A stretch of 64,000 bases of DNA from a virus. The stretch is from IMG/VR virus record IMGVR_UViG_3300009164_000002, positions 2,968 to 66,967 of that record. One strand, written 5' to 3'. The notes under the pieces were generated by a model. The model searched no databases, was not told the DNA's origin, and worked only from the letters and a program-made list of their open reading frames with translations. A program made the position numbers and the translations under genes. This document shows, in pieces, positions 1 to 8,996 of the stretch (position 1 is the first letter of the stretch; every line of letters begins with the position of its first letter).

Positions 1-1
1 A

Positions 2-2203
2 ATCTTCAAAGGTATTGCTGATGCTATTGAGATTACTCGTGTAATGTCCTTCAAACCAGAATCGGATAAGAGTATTATTTCTGGAATAAATTCAATTGTT
101 CCAATGCTTTACACTCATGCAAACGTTCCGGGCTCTGCGCGTATTGTTCAAGAGAACAACTATAAAGAAGACCCTCTTGAATTGGTTTCCATTACTGAAT
201 CGGCAATGTTTGGAAAGCCGGGCAGATATAATCGTAATGTTACTAAGGCTACATTAAGACCTATTAACATAGATGGCATTACTGGTTTAGATAGCTTGGT
301 AGATGATGCATTATATCGTATGAACGTAGCCCCAAACTACAATGTTCTTCGCAAAGCATTTGGTCGTAGGGTTATTGATCCTGATACTCAAATGGATACC
401 ATTGATGGTTCAACTATTATTGCAGCGAATGACAATGATTATTATAACCGCGCATATAGAGAACAACGTTTAGCCTTGGCTAACGTAGCGGCTGAGTTTG
501 AAAGTGATATTGTAAATGATTCACAAAAAGGAGTCGTCAACACTCTTATGGGTGAACAAGCCAAATGGCTCAGCACTCAATTTATTGGCGGTGCTTTATT
601 CTCGATTCAGCAATTACTTGTCCAAACTGTTCCTGCTGTCGTCTTTACTCCAATTAAAAAACTTGCTGTTGGCGACGTTGATGGAGCAAAACAATTTGTT
701 ACCATATTGGCTAAATATGGAGCATCTATGTTATCAAGAAGAATCAATAAGTTAAGCCGTGGCACATTAAGTCTTCCAGATGTCTTTGCTAATAATCTAG
801 AAAATGCAGTTAATAACCTATCTCCATTGAATATCATTCGTGGTGGCGATGGAATGGAAGAAAACAAGATTGTATCTAGACGCACGAACAGATATGGCTA
901 CGGGATACATAAGCAGATTGCTGGTAGGATATTTAAGGAGATCGAGAATCTTACAGAGATTGGTATGGATCTTACTATTGCTAGTGGTGAGAGATTAGTT
1001 TCTCGTGCTTTGTATATGTCTGAGTTGCTGGGTGAGCTTAATCGGATGAATGCGGCAGACCCTAGTGTTCAAACATACGATAGTGTTGAGGCGTTAATTA
1101 AAGAATCAAACCTTAAAGGCATTAATCCTGAAGCGGCTAACTATGCTCGTATGAAAGTTAATGATATGTTTGGTCAAGCCGACCAAGCTAAGAAGGGATT
1201 CTTGTTCCAAACTCGCACTACACATCCGGGCTGGAATCAAGTATTACGTAGCACAACACGGTTCAGTAACCATACTGCAAGCACGTCAAGTAACCTTACG
1301 GCATTTTGGCCAGCGTTGGGGATTCATGTTTCAAGTCCATTCTTTAAAACGTTAAACAAAGTTACTGGTGAAATTGAATGGCAAACAAACTTCAAGAAGT
1401 TATTTACTATTGAGGATATGTCGGGAGCCAAAAACATGGGTCGTCGCCGCATGAGACAAGAAGCAATAGAAAACTTTGTTGGAACTCTTGGACAAAACAT
1501 TATGTTCCAATTTATCAAGCCAAGGGTATTACTTCCGCTTGTTGGGATGGCTATAGCTAAAGCTAGTGGTGATGATGATGATGAGGCTACTGTAGCTGGT
1601 GCTGAGTTTGCTAATTACATTATGAAATCAGATGATGATACTGGTTTTATTACTAAACAACTTAAAGAGTTTATATTTGGTTCAGGTTCTAATGCTATTA
1701 AAGAGTGGAGAGATCCAGAATCTGCAAGGAAATCAATGTATGCTGACATCACAAGTAAAATTCTACTTGAGCTTTCTCAGGCAGTTCCGGGCGTTGGTTC
1801 AATAGCTGGTTATTCTCCTGCATCTTCTGTTTTAAAACAGTTTATTACAGATGATATGTCTGAGCGTTTACTTGCTACTGGAGACAACATGAAAGTTGCT
1901 AAAACTAATAGCGAGAAGAAGGGTGTTCGCATTTACGATAAATCTAATAATTGGCTTGAGGCTGCATCATTGATGTCAGCACCATCTGCTCAGTTATATA
2001 ATTACAGTGAGAACGCTTATACTACATTAAAAGCTATAGGATTGGATGATATCACTATAGTTGATTACATGAAAGTTATGGCTTCCAATGTAATATCTAC
2101 GCGCGAGTTCAGATCGGCACAAATGGATAAGCTTAACAAAGCTATTCAATTGGAAGAAATGAGAGAAAAGCAAATAGAGCAACGTAGACTTAATGAAAAC
2201 TAG
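2..2203 (+). CDS. C-terminal part of a large virion/ejection protein (5'-truncated; possibly the end of the giant ORF starting at 52452)
   Basis: Frame is open upstream of the ATG at 44 back to the window start (ATC TTC AAA GGT ATT GCT...). Helical protein with hydrophobic segments, as in C-termini of podovirus giant internal proteins. Confidence 0.65.
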   Translation: MFKGIADAIEITRVMSFKPESDKSIISGINSIVPMLYTHANVPGSARIVQENNYKEDPLELVSITESAMFGKPGRYNRNVTKATLRPINIDGITGLDSLVDDALYRMNVAPNYNVLRKAFGRRVIDPDTQMDTIDGSTIIAANDNDYYNRAYREQRLALANVAAEFESDIVNDSQKGVVNTLMGEQAKWLSTQFIGGALFSIQQLLVQTVPAVVFTPIKKLAVGDVDGAKQFVTILAKYGASMLSRRINKLSRGTLSLPDVFANNLENAVNNLSPLNIIRGGDGMEENKIVSRRTNRYGYGIHKQIAGRIFKEIENLTEIGMDLTIASGERLVSRALYMSELLGELNRMNAADPSVQTYDSVEALIKESNLKGINPEAANYARMKVNDMFGQADQAKKGFLFQTRTTHPGWNQVLRSTTRFSNHTASTSSNLTAFWPALGIHVSSPFFKTLNKVTGEIEWQTNFKKLFTIEDMSGAKNMGRRRMRQEAIENFVGTLGQNIMFQFIKPRVLLPLVGMAIAKASGDDDDEATVAGAEFANYIMKSDDDTGFITKQLKEFIFGSGSNAIKEWRDPESARKSMYADITSKILLELSQAVPGVGSIAGYSPASSVLKQFITDDMSERLLATGDNMKVAKTNSEKKGVRIYDKSNNWLEAASLMSAPSAQLYNYSENAYTTLKAIGLDDITIVDYMKVMASNVISTREFRSAQMDKLNKAIQLEEMREKQIEQRRLNEN

Positions 2204-2492
2204 AACTCATATGCCAATGGTGGCAATGTTCACAAAGATAGCATCTAATTTTATTAACGTTTGATCCTCTGTTTAGACGTGATCTGGCAGCTTGTTTTGC
2301 CATACTCTCAGACATATACATCATTTTACCAGTCTCAGGACATTTTTTTTTTTCTGTCTTAGCAGGTAAGTCTTCATATTCTGAGACGTGCAAGAGCTTA
2401 GCGTCTTTAAAGTTGTTTGGAACAATCTCATCTGGATCTGCTCCAAGAAGTTCTAGTATCCTGTTGATATCTGCTTGTTTTTTCTTTTTCAT
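2190..2492 (-). CDS. small Zn-finger phage protein
   Basis: C-terminal CYLCEHCHHWHMSS motif plus an upstream Cys. Confidence 0.65.
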   Translation of the reverse strand: MKKKKQADINRILELLGADPDEIVPNNFKDAKLLHVSEYEDLPAKTEKKKCPETGKMMYMSESMAKQAARSRLNRGSNVNKIRCYLCEHCHHWHMSSSFH

Positions 2493-2505
2493 TAAACTCC
2501 TTTGT

Positions 2506-2539
2506 TAAAAAGCCACCCCCCTTATTATAGAGGGATGGC
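2506..2539 (-). terminator. Rho-independent terminator
   Basis: Minus strand GCCATCCCTCT-ATAATA-AGGGGGGTGGC-TTTTT after the stop at 2548. Confidence 0.7.
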
Positions 2540-2547
2540 ATTAGTAA

Positions 2548-3093
2548 TTAGCCTTCAAGTGATACGATCAATTCGCGTCCACGTTTTACTGCATCTCGTA
2601 AGATTTGTTCGTCGTGTTCTTTAAGACCGCGTGATCCCCTTACGTCTTTGATTAAAGAGAATAGGTAATTAAGCCCCTCAATAAGTTCTCCTATCGTTTC
2701 TGCGGCATTCTCTGGTATAGTCTTAGTCTCAAGCTCAATCTCGTTTAAAGGGCTTCCTGAGCCCAATACTGGCGTTGCCTGTTGCAATGGTGCTACGGCA
2801 TGCACTTTAGCTTTAACGTCAATTACGGCTTCTAATTCTTCATCTGAATTATTGTAACTATTTTGTCCTAAATCTTGTCGATCGGATTCAATTAAAGAAA
2901 TAGCTCCTTTTTTTGTTATAACTTTAACCGTTGCTTTTTCTGGAGGTGCATATTCTTGAAAAGAATCAGGTTCAATCATATCTTCTTCGGATAATTGTTC
3001 CTTAGTAATCTGATTGAGATCAGGAATTATTACTACAGTTTTATTGGTAGCTTTTTTAGCTCCAATTTTTTTTGGTGTTTTGCGTGATTGCAT
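2548..3093 (-). CDS. hypothetical protein (181 aa, MQSRKTPKK...)
   Basis: ORF track. ATG at 3093 preferred over TTG 3180 because 3112-3183 folds as a tRNA-like RNA. Confidence 0.65.
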   Translation of the reverse strand: MQSRKTPKKIGAKKATNKTVVIIPDLNQITKEQLSEEDMIEPDSFQEYAPPEKATVKVITKKGAISLIESDRQDLGQNSYNNSDEELEAVIDVKAKVHAVAPLQQATPVLGSGSPLNEIELETKTIPENAAETIGELIEGLNYLFSLIKDVRGSRGLKEHDEQILRDAVKRGRELIVSLEG

Positions 3094-3111
3094 ATTATTT
3101 GTTTGGTAAGA

Positions 3112-3183
3112 TGGAGCGTTGGCAGGAGTTGCACCCACATTCCTCAGTATCTCTAGTGAGGTCCTACTATTAGATGACAACGC
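3112..3183 (-). tRNA. atypical tRNA / tRNA-like RNA, anticodon undetermined (10-nt anticodon loop)
   Basis: Acceptor GCGTTG/CAACGC + T-CCA, D-arm-like ATCTAATAGTAGGAC, stem CCTCA/TGAGG around CTAGAGATAC, T-arm GTGGG-TGCAACT-CCTGC. Confidence 0.65.
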
Positions 3184-3203
3184 ATTGTTTAGGTTGGCTA
3201 AAA

Positions 3204-3680
3204 TTATGATTCCTTGACGAACATTCCGTCAACCATTTTTCCTTGGCGGTCTTTAATTTCTTGATAAGCAGCAAGCAAGCAATTTTCAAACTTAACTCCT
3301 ACAAGTTCAGCCAACAAAATCAAAACAACTGTGCAATCACCAATGCCATCAATAATTTCATGCTGATCGTTTTTGAGTAAGCCTTCTCGGATTTCCTCTA
3401 CTTCTTCTGTAAGTTTATGTAACTGGCTAATTGGCGTTGCTTTACCTTTTTGTCCTGTAATTCCTTTGTCTAAGCCCCATTGTCTTACAGCACTTACTAA
3501 AGCAGTAAGCCCACCCATTTGTGCTACTTCTAAAAACCTAGCTGCATCTCTAAGTGAGTTTGCATGGTTAAGCAGATATTCTTTTTTATCAGGATGCTCC
3601 AACTCTTTGTTTGCGTCTTCCTTTGCGATTGAAGCTAAGCAAGTTAGCTCCCCGATTGCGTTATTAAACATATTGTTCAT
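3204..3680 (-). CDS. MazG-like nucleotide pyrophosphohydrolase
   Basis: QLHKLTEEVEE...IIDGIGDCTVVL...AYQEIKDRQGKMVDGMFVKE, typical of phage MazG-like proteins. Confidence 0.85.
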   Translation of the reverse strand: MNNMFNNAIGELTCLASIAKEDANKELEHPDKKEYLLNHANSLRDAARFLEVAQMGGLTALVSAVRQWGLDKGITGQKGKATPISQLHKLTEEVEEIREGLLKNDQHEIIDGIGDCTVVLILLAELVGVKFENCLLAAYQEIKDRQGKMVDGMFVKES

Positions 3681-4096
3681 TGTTTCTTAAGTGTGAATTT
3701 ATTTATTGGTATGTGAACTAGCATCTCAATGTCTTTAGCATCGTTGCGGTCAGTTCTACCTCCTATGGTAACTGTAACATCTACAGGGATCATAACGTGT
3801 CCTACAGTGCCACAAGACCAGCTTACTATGATCAATGTAGGTAGACCAGTTGAGATATGAAGTGCGTGTAATTTTCTTAGTTTTTCAGCTGAAATAAAGA
3901 ATGTAGGGAAGTCACCGTATTTATGAGTTCGGCATTTAATTTCTGCTACTGCTTTGATAATGTCATTTTCTAAATAAGCTACATCAAAGTCAAAAAACTT
4001 AGGAGTCATTTCAAAAGTGTAACCTTTCTTGCAATAAAGAGCAGCCACATAATGTTCATTATTCCTGTCAGATTCTTGTTCGTAGGTTGGCCTCAT
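3677..4096 (-). CDS. PD-(D/E)XK family nuclease-like protein
   Basis: FDVA...AEIKCR motif; GGRTDRND..DIE C-terminus. Confidence 0.7.
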   Translation of the reverse strand: MRPTYEQESDRNNEHYVAALYCKKGYTFEMTPKFFDFDVAYLENDIIKAVAEIKCRTHKYGDFPTFFISAEKLRKLHALHISTGLPTLIIVSWSCGTVGHVMIPVDVTVTIGGRTDRNDAKDIEMLVHIPINKFTLKKQ

Positions 4097-4441
4097 TTAG
4101 ATTAATGACCTTAGTTTATTTATTAGTTCTGCTTGCAGTTGGATGATTAAATTGTTTCGTTCTGCTCCTTTATTGGCTTGTCGTAAATAACGGCGAGATT
4201 CGTGATACTTTTCTTTCCATCTTATTACTTCTTGATTAAGATAATCGGTTAGTATTCTTTGATTAGAAATAATTGTTTGAGCTATTTCTAGTTCTTTTTT
4301 GTCAGATATTTTTTTCATAGCATTAGACAAAGCTTCTTTTTGTGTAGCTTCAACAATTTGCTCTCCTTCAAGGATAGAATTAATTAAATTAGAAGCTTTT
4401 GATTGCGACCAAATATGGACCCATTGTTTAGGAGTTCTCAT
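4097..4441 (-). CDS. hypothetical coiled-coil protein
   Basis: Tightly packed operon ORF. Confidence 0.6.
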   Translation of the reverse strand: MRTPKQWVHIWSQSKASNLINSILEGEQIVEATQKEALSNAMKKISDKKELEIAQTIISNQRILTDYLNQEVIRWKEKYHESRRYLRQANKGAERNNLIIQLQAELINKLRSLI

Positions 4442-4488
4442 GTTATTTTTTTTCTTTTATTTTAAATTTAATGTGCTTGTTTATTTGT

Positions 4489-4782
4489 ATGTCAGCAAAG
4501 CCAAAAGATAGTAGATTAGCAAAAATTGGAGTATCTGGTTATAATCAACCTAAGAGAACTCCATCCCACCCTAAAAAAAGCCATGTAGTTGTCGCCAAAA
4601 CTGGTGATAAAATTAAGACAATCAGATTTGGAGAGCAAGGTGCTAAGACAGCAGGAGCTCCTAAACAGGGAGAGAGTCAAGCAATGAAGACCAAAAGAGC
4701 TTCATTCAAAGCTCGTCATGGTAGTAACATCGCCAAGGGTAAAATGAGTGCTGCTTATTGGGCTGACAAAGTGAAGTGGTGA
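4489..4782 (+). CDS. small basic conserved phage protein
   Basis: KKSHVVVAK..IRFGEQG..KRASFKARH..SAAYWADKVKW, a pattern I recall from aquatic phages; ATG at 4489. Confidence 0.75.
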   Translation: MSAKPKDSRLAKIGVSGYNQPKRTPSHPKKSHVVVAKTGDKIKTIRFGEQGAKTAGAPKQGESQAMKTKRASFKARHGSNIAKGKMSAAYWADKVKW

Positions 4783-5040
4783 TTAGCTTATGTGAAGAAC
4801 TTTGTTTCCAATAGTTATTTCTAACGTTGGTTGCATATGATTATCTTCATATGTAAGTAACTCATCAGATCCTTCTACTATTTCAGACACTGGATCAATA
4901 CCAATGCCGTAAGCCCAGTCGTAAATTTCTAGGCTGGTAGCTTCTGGGTTTTCATTCAAGAACTTCATTAGTTCTTCTTCGTTTTCATCTTCTATTGAAA
5001 AACGTTCCCATATAGTAATTTTTTGGTCGATTTGTATCAT
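4783..5040 (-). CDS. acidic hypothetical protein
   Basis: ORF track. Confidence 0.6.
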   Translation of the reverse strand: MIQIDQKITIWERFSIEDENEEELMKFLNENPEATSLEIYDWAYGIGIDPVSEIVEGSDELLTYEDNHMQPTLEITIGNKVLHIS

Positions 5041-5044
5041 AATT

Positions 5045-5590
5045 TTATAGTGATTGGTGTTTAGTGAGAATAGGTATGCAGTAAGTAGGTGGATGCGGCA
5101 TTAGTCGAACAAGCTCAGTTGCATATTCGATAGTAAGCTCTTTACTATTACGGCCTTTGGCAAGCAATCCTTTTTCTTCCGCCCACTTTGGGTTATCGTG
5201 CACTCTACGGTGGCAGTCTGAATGGAGGAGGATGTAGAAACAGAACGCGGCTTTTCGTCTGCCAGCGACGTGGTGTTTTTCCATGCTGCTAGACGCGCAC
5301 GGGATTCCGCAGACGGCACAAACCGCTTGAGTTGGTAATTCCGCATGAGATGCCTTGTAGGACGTTAGTAATGATTTCCTGAGAGAACTAGCCTTGGAGC
5401 GCTTACGAGCGATTCTAAGCCCATTCTCGTGCAATTTAAGTGGTAGGATTTTCTTTACGGGCTTCTGCTTTAAATGGGATGATGTTTTCTTCTCCTTGAT
5501 TGGCACATTCTTGTTTGTCGGTTGCTGCAAATTCAGCAAATGCGTCAATTCCTGCGTCCAACTTTTCTTTTTGATCTTCTTTTTTTGCAT
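5045..5590 (-). CDS. HNH endonuclease-like protein (start uncertain)
   Basis: CAVC...EKHHVAGR...LHSDCHRRVH; 5' part overlaps 5436-5816. Confidence 0.7.
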   Translation of the reverse strand: MQKKKIKKKSWTQELTHLLNLQQPTNKNVPIKEKKTSSHLKQKPVKKILPLKLHENGLRIARKRSKASSLRKSLLTSYKASHAELPTQAVCAVCGIPCASSSMEKHHVAGRRKAAFCFYILLHSDCHRRVHDNPKWAEEKGLLAKGRNSKELTIEYATELVRLMPHPPTYCIPILTKHQSL

Positions 5591-5816
5591 CTAATTCAGT
5601 TTCTGTTCTTAGGAATTCTGCTAAAACCAATCCAATCCTCTCACAAGCATATTCATATGCTCTAGCTTCCTTACCTATTTCTGGTGTAGATTGAATAACT
5701 CTTGCCATTACTATGCACATAGCCGATAAAATAGTTCCATAGTCAGGGTTAACACGGAACAATGGTCCAAGTCCGTAAGTAATTTCATCTGCAAGTTTAT
5801 GTGTTTCTGGTTTCAT
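5436..5816 (-). CDS. hypothetical protein
   Basis: ORF track. Confidence 0.6.
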   Translation of the reverse strand: MKPETHKLADEITYGLGPLFRVNPDYGTILSAMCIVMARVIQSTPEIGKEARAYEYACERIGLVLAEFLRTETELDAKKEDQKEKLDAGIDAFAEFAATDKQECANQGEENIIPFKAEARKENPTT

Positions 5817-5820
5817 ATTT

Positions 5821-5994
5821 TTATTTAATTAATTTTTTCTTTAATTCTTCAAATTCTTCCTTAGTTCCGTTGAATGCTAGTTTGTAAATTGGATTGCCTT
5901 CTTTATCATAAGAAGTTGCCGCTCTAAAATTTGAGATTTCGTTATAAAGCTTATTTAATTCTTTATTATTTAATACTTTTATTTTCTTATTCAT
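5821..5994 (-). CDS. hypothetical protein (57 aa, MNKKIKVLNN...)
   Basis: Read by hand; fills the gap and is preceded by a TTTAG-N5-CTAAA element. Confidence 0.6.
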   Translation of the reverse strand: MNKKIKVLNNKELNKLYNEISNFRAATSYDKEGNPIYKLAFNGTKEEFEELKKKLIK

Positions 5995-6002
5995 AGTTTA
6001 GG

Positions 6003-6389
6003 TTAACTAAAGGGACATATTAAATTCGTTTTAGTTGATTCTATAAATTCCTTTGAATACCATAATGTAACTCCTTCTCTTGATCTAGTATCAGCTTGAT
6101 GAAACTGCACTGGTAATTCATTAGGTTCAAAAAACAAAGGTAATAGTCGTTGAATTTCGGCATGTATTGGTGCGCGTAGATGAAATCTATCGTTTTTAGC
6201 TTCATGAACAACTATATGAAGCCGTTCCCAGCCAAAAATCTTTATCACTTCACATACTACTTTACGCTCAAAGGAGTAGGCATTGTGTCTCCATCTAAAT
6301 TCAAAGGTTCCAAATTGATCGCCTTTATTTGATTTTCCAACGCCTTTAACTCGACGGTGCATCCCTATTGATTTTTCTAGGTCTTTCAT
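6003..6389 (-). CDS. conserved phage hypothetical protein
   Basis: GWERLHIV...RAPIHAEI...LFFEPNE..VQFH resembles the phage GWEHVSVS/RCPTWEEM family. Confidence 0.6.
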   Translation of the reverse strand: MKDLEKSIGMHRRVKGVGKSNKGDQFGTFEFRWRHNAYSFERKVVCEVIKIFGWERLHIVVHEAKNDRFHLRAPIHAEIQRLLPLFFEPNELPVQFHQADTRSREGVTLWYSKEFIESTKTNLICPFS

Positions 6390-6392
6390 TGA

Positions 6393-6794
6393 TTAAATAG
6401 TATCAATTCCGTTATCTTCGTCTATAAGGTTGGCAATAGATTCCTTCAGGATATCGCGCACTTCGTCAATTGTGTGGTGATAGTTGTATGGATTCGGAGC
6501 CCAGTTCTCGACATGTCGGAGTATCTGGGAGAGGAGGTATGTTGGTTGCTCAGGTGGATTATCTGGCGGCGCTGTATACCTTGTAAGATCTTCTGATTCT
6601 GGCATAGTAGTTCGTGGTTTATGGTTGCTTATGTCTTCAATATAACGTGCTTGTATCCATTTAACTGGTTTACGTCGTCCTGACTTCCAATCATATGCTG
6701 TAGGTAAACTGCATCCAGTTGCTGCTGCAATATGTTTTGCTGTGTAACTAGCAATTTGAAGATTAAATGATTGATCTTTTGATTCTGATATCAT
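6393..6794 (-). CDS. helix-turn-helix DNA-binding protein
   Basis: AKHIAAATGCSLPTAYDWKSGRRKP, Cro/XRE-like HTH. Confidence 0.7.
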   Translation of the reverse strand: MISESKDQSFNLQIASYTAKHIAAATGCSLPTAYDWKSGRRKPVKWIQARYIEDISNHKPRTTMPESEDLTRYTAPPDNPPEQPTYLLSQILRHVENWAPNPYNYHHTIDEVRDILKESIANLIDEDNGIDTI

Positions 6795-6815
6795 TGTTAC
6801 TAAGTTTGCTATAGT

Positions 6816-8654
6816 TTACCAAGGTTTATCTGAATACATAGGGAGAGGATATCCGGGCTTTGCCATGAATCGTTTGGATACATCATCAAACCAAAACGAA
6901 GTCATAGGCCATTGACCTGTAGCACGTTGTTTACGGACGATAATTTTACCACACGGAGTTGAATCAAAAAATGCTTTACGATCTGATTTAGTGAAGTCGT
7001 CACAATCCATCTCAGCTAATCTTTCAGCTTTATTTGTATCACGCCAGATAGCTATGACATTAAATGCCATATCTCCCCATTCAGACGCTCCTCGGATGTC
7101 TGAGATGGATGGGGGTTTGTTTGTGTGTTCTGGTGGTTTTCTTGGGTGAGCTACAAGGTGGACGTGCACGGGGTATTTGGCTACGAATACGCGGATTAGA
7201 TCGGCGGCTTCTGCTTGTGCTGTGTTATCTCCACGGTCAATTTGCATAGTCATTACGTTATCAATAACGAATGTATCAATACCGTATCGTTTGTGAGCGT
7301 GGATGAATGTGCTAATTAGGTGTTTAGGATTAACTTTCTCCATGCTTTTATACATGAAGACGTGTTTAGATAAATGGTTAAAAGCTGGAATAAATTCTTC
7401 TGTGTAAGGAAGGTTGGGGTAAGCTGTATATTGAGTAAGGATTTGAGCAAAGGTCATTTCTGGTGGCTGCTCAAAAGATGCTACACAGGCTTGTTTTCCT
7501 CTAGCTGCTAAACAGGCAATCTGATTACCTACAGCAGTAGATTTGCCGTGTCCTGAAAAACCAAACCAAAGAGTCATCTCATGTTTTCTGAATGTAAGGG
7601 CAAAGTCAGGAAGGAAGAATGGATCACCTTCAGTTAAGTGATCTCCCTTCATGTAGGATCGAGTAGCTTCTAGGATTGAGCCTGAATCCACAATCTCTGC
7701 CATAGGCTCTCTTGTGGTTGTTTCTATGAGCTTTTTAATCTCTGCACCACGTCCTGATCTAAGCATGTCATTAGCATCTTTAAGAGGCAATGTGACAATC
7801 AAGCAACGTTCTGTTCCTAGTCGAGCTGAAGCTTCTTTGGCGCTTTTCTTACCTGCGTCATCATTATCAAAAAGTAATACAATCTCGTCAAAGTGTGACA
7901 GAAACTGATAGTCTTCTGTAATCCAATTCATGTTGGAAGCACCCATAGGGATGGATACCGCTGGGAGTCCTAGTTGCCAGCAAGCCATAGCATCCCATTC
8001 ACCTTCAGTAATAATAAGGCGTTGCAGGTCTGTCTCTGGATCGCATACGTCTTTACCGAACAAGCTTTGAACTGCATCCATAGATGGCATAATCCAAGTG
8101 TCTTTCTTTCCGTCTGCTTTAGGCTCTAATCCCCAATGCTTTACCATGCCTAGTTTACCAAAGGCATCGTAGTAGGGAAATAGTAAACCTTTGCGGCGAT
8201 CTGAGCCAATACCATACTTACGTAAAGTGTCTTCAGTGATACCACGTTTTGCTGCGTATGATATTGAAGCTTCATTAAGCTCAACCATTTCATTTGCAAG
8301 TTTCTCTGGATCTTTAGCACGGCTTATTGCTCCAAATGATTGAACTGGAGGAACATTAAGGAAATGAGCAAGCCAAGCAATACCTTCTCTGATTGAGATG
8401 CCTTGTCTAATTGATACAAGTCTCCATGCATTACCCTTCATCTCAGGGTCAGCAAAGTCGATGAAGTAGCCGGGGTTATTGGCACGAGTGCTAATCATAA
8501 ATGATCCACCTTTTTCTCCGTCAATAGATCCTACTTTATAGCAACTAGCTTCACGTTTAGCTTCTGGATATAGACTTAAAATGAATTCATCTATTCTCCC
8601 ACTGAGCGCATCTTTTAATTGTTGTAAGTCGTAAAAATTAGATTCGTGATTCAT
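6816..8654 (-). CDS. bifunctional DNA primase-helicase (T7 gp4/Twinkle-like)
   Basis: TOPRIM (IITEGEWD, LFDNDDAG, KDAND), Walker A GFSGHGKS, FVIDN, VAHPRK, DIRGA. Confidence 0.95.
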   Translation of the reverse strand: MNHESNFYDLQQLKDALSGRIDEFILSLYPEAKREASCYKVGSIDGEKGGSFMISTRANNPGYFIDFADPEMKGNAWRLVSIRQGISIREGIAWLAHFLNVPPVQSFGAISRAKDPEKLANEMVELNEASISYAAKRGITEDTLRKYGIGSDRRKGLLFPYYDAFGKLGMVKHWGLEPKADGKKDTWIMPSMDAVQSLFGKDVCDPETDLQRLIITEGEWDAMACWQLGLPAVSIPMGASNMNWITEDYQFLSHFDEIVLLFDNDDAGKKSAKEASARLGTERCLIVTLPLKDANDMLRSGRGAEIKKLIETTTREPMAEIVDSGSILEATRSYMKGDHLTEGDPFFLPDFALTFRKHEMTLWFGFSGHGKSTAVGNQIACLAARGKQACVASFEQPPEMTFAQILTQYTAYPNLPYTEEFIPAFNHLSKHVFMYKSMEKVNPKHLISTFIHAHKRYGIDTFVIDNVMTMQIDRGDNTAQAEAADLIRVFVAKYPVHVHLVAHPRKPPEHTNKPPSISDIRGASEWGDMAFNVIAIWRDTNKAERLAEMDCDDFTKSDRKAFFDSTPCGKIIVRKQRATGQWPMTSFWFDDVSKRFMAKPGYPLPMYSDKPW

Positions 8655-8996
8655 TTAGTTTTCTTCTGCTGTTAAGTTGATGTGATTAAGTTTTTCGATT
8701 ACGTCATGCATTGTAGTATTCCCCGTAAGATTGGAATGCAAAGCCAAGGCATTCATAAATAGATTGATACCATTTATGGATGCCAATGGCATTGCTCCTA
8801 CAAAAGCGTATACAGCTTTGTCAATACGTTGCTGCATTACTTCTTCTGAAGCCTTTGCGTATTTCTCAAGATCCTTTTTGTTTGGAGCGTTCTCAAGTAA
8901 TGCATCAGCCATTTCGATTTGAAAGTGACTGGTGAGGTGGTTGAATTTATCAAACATCAACACCAGTTTTTCAAATTCATCTTTCTTGCTATCCAT
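8655..8996 (-). CDS. hypothetical protein
   Basis: Abuts both neighbours. Confidence 0.6.
   Translation of the reverse strand: MDSKKDEFEKLVLMFDKFNHLTSHFQIEMADALLENAPNKKDLEKYAKASEEVMQQRIDKAVYAFVGAMPLASINGINLFMNALALHSNLTGNTTMHDVIEKLNHINLTAEEN

Noticed and set aside
3094-3180. TTG-started N-terminal extension of ORF 2548-3180
   Set aside because: The region folds as a tRNA-like RNA; the ATG at 3093 has an A-rich leader.
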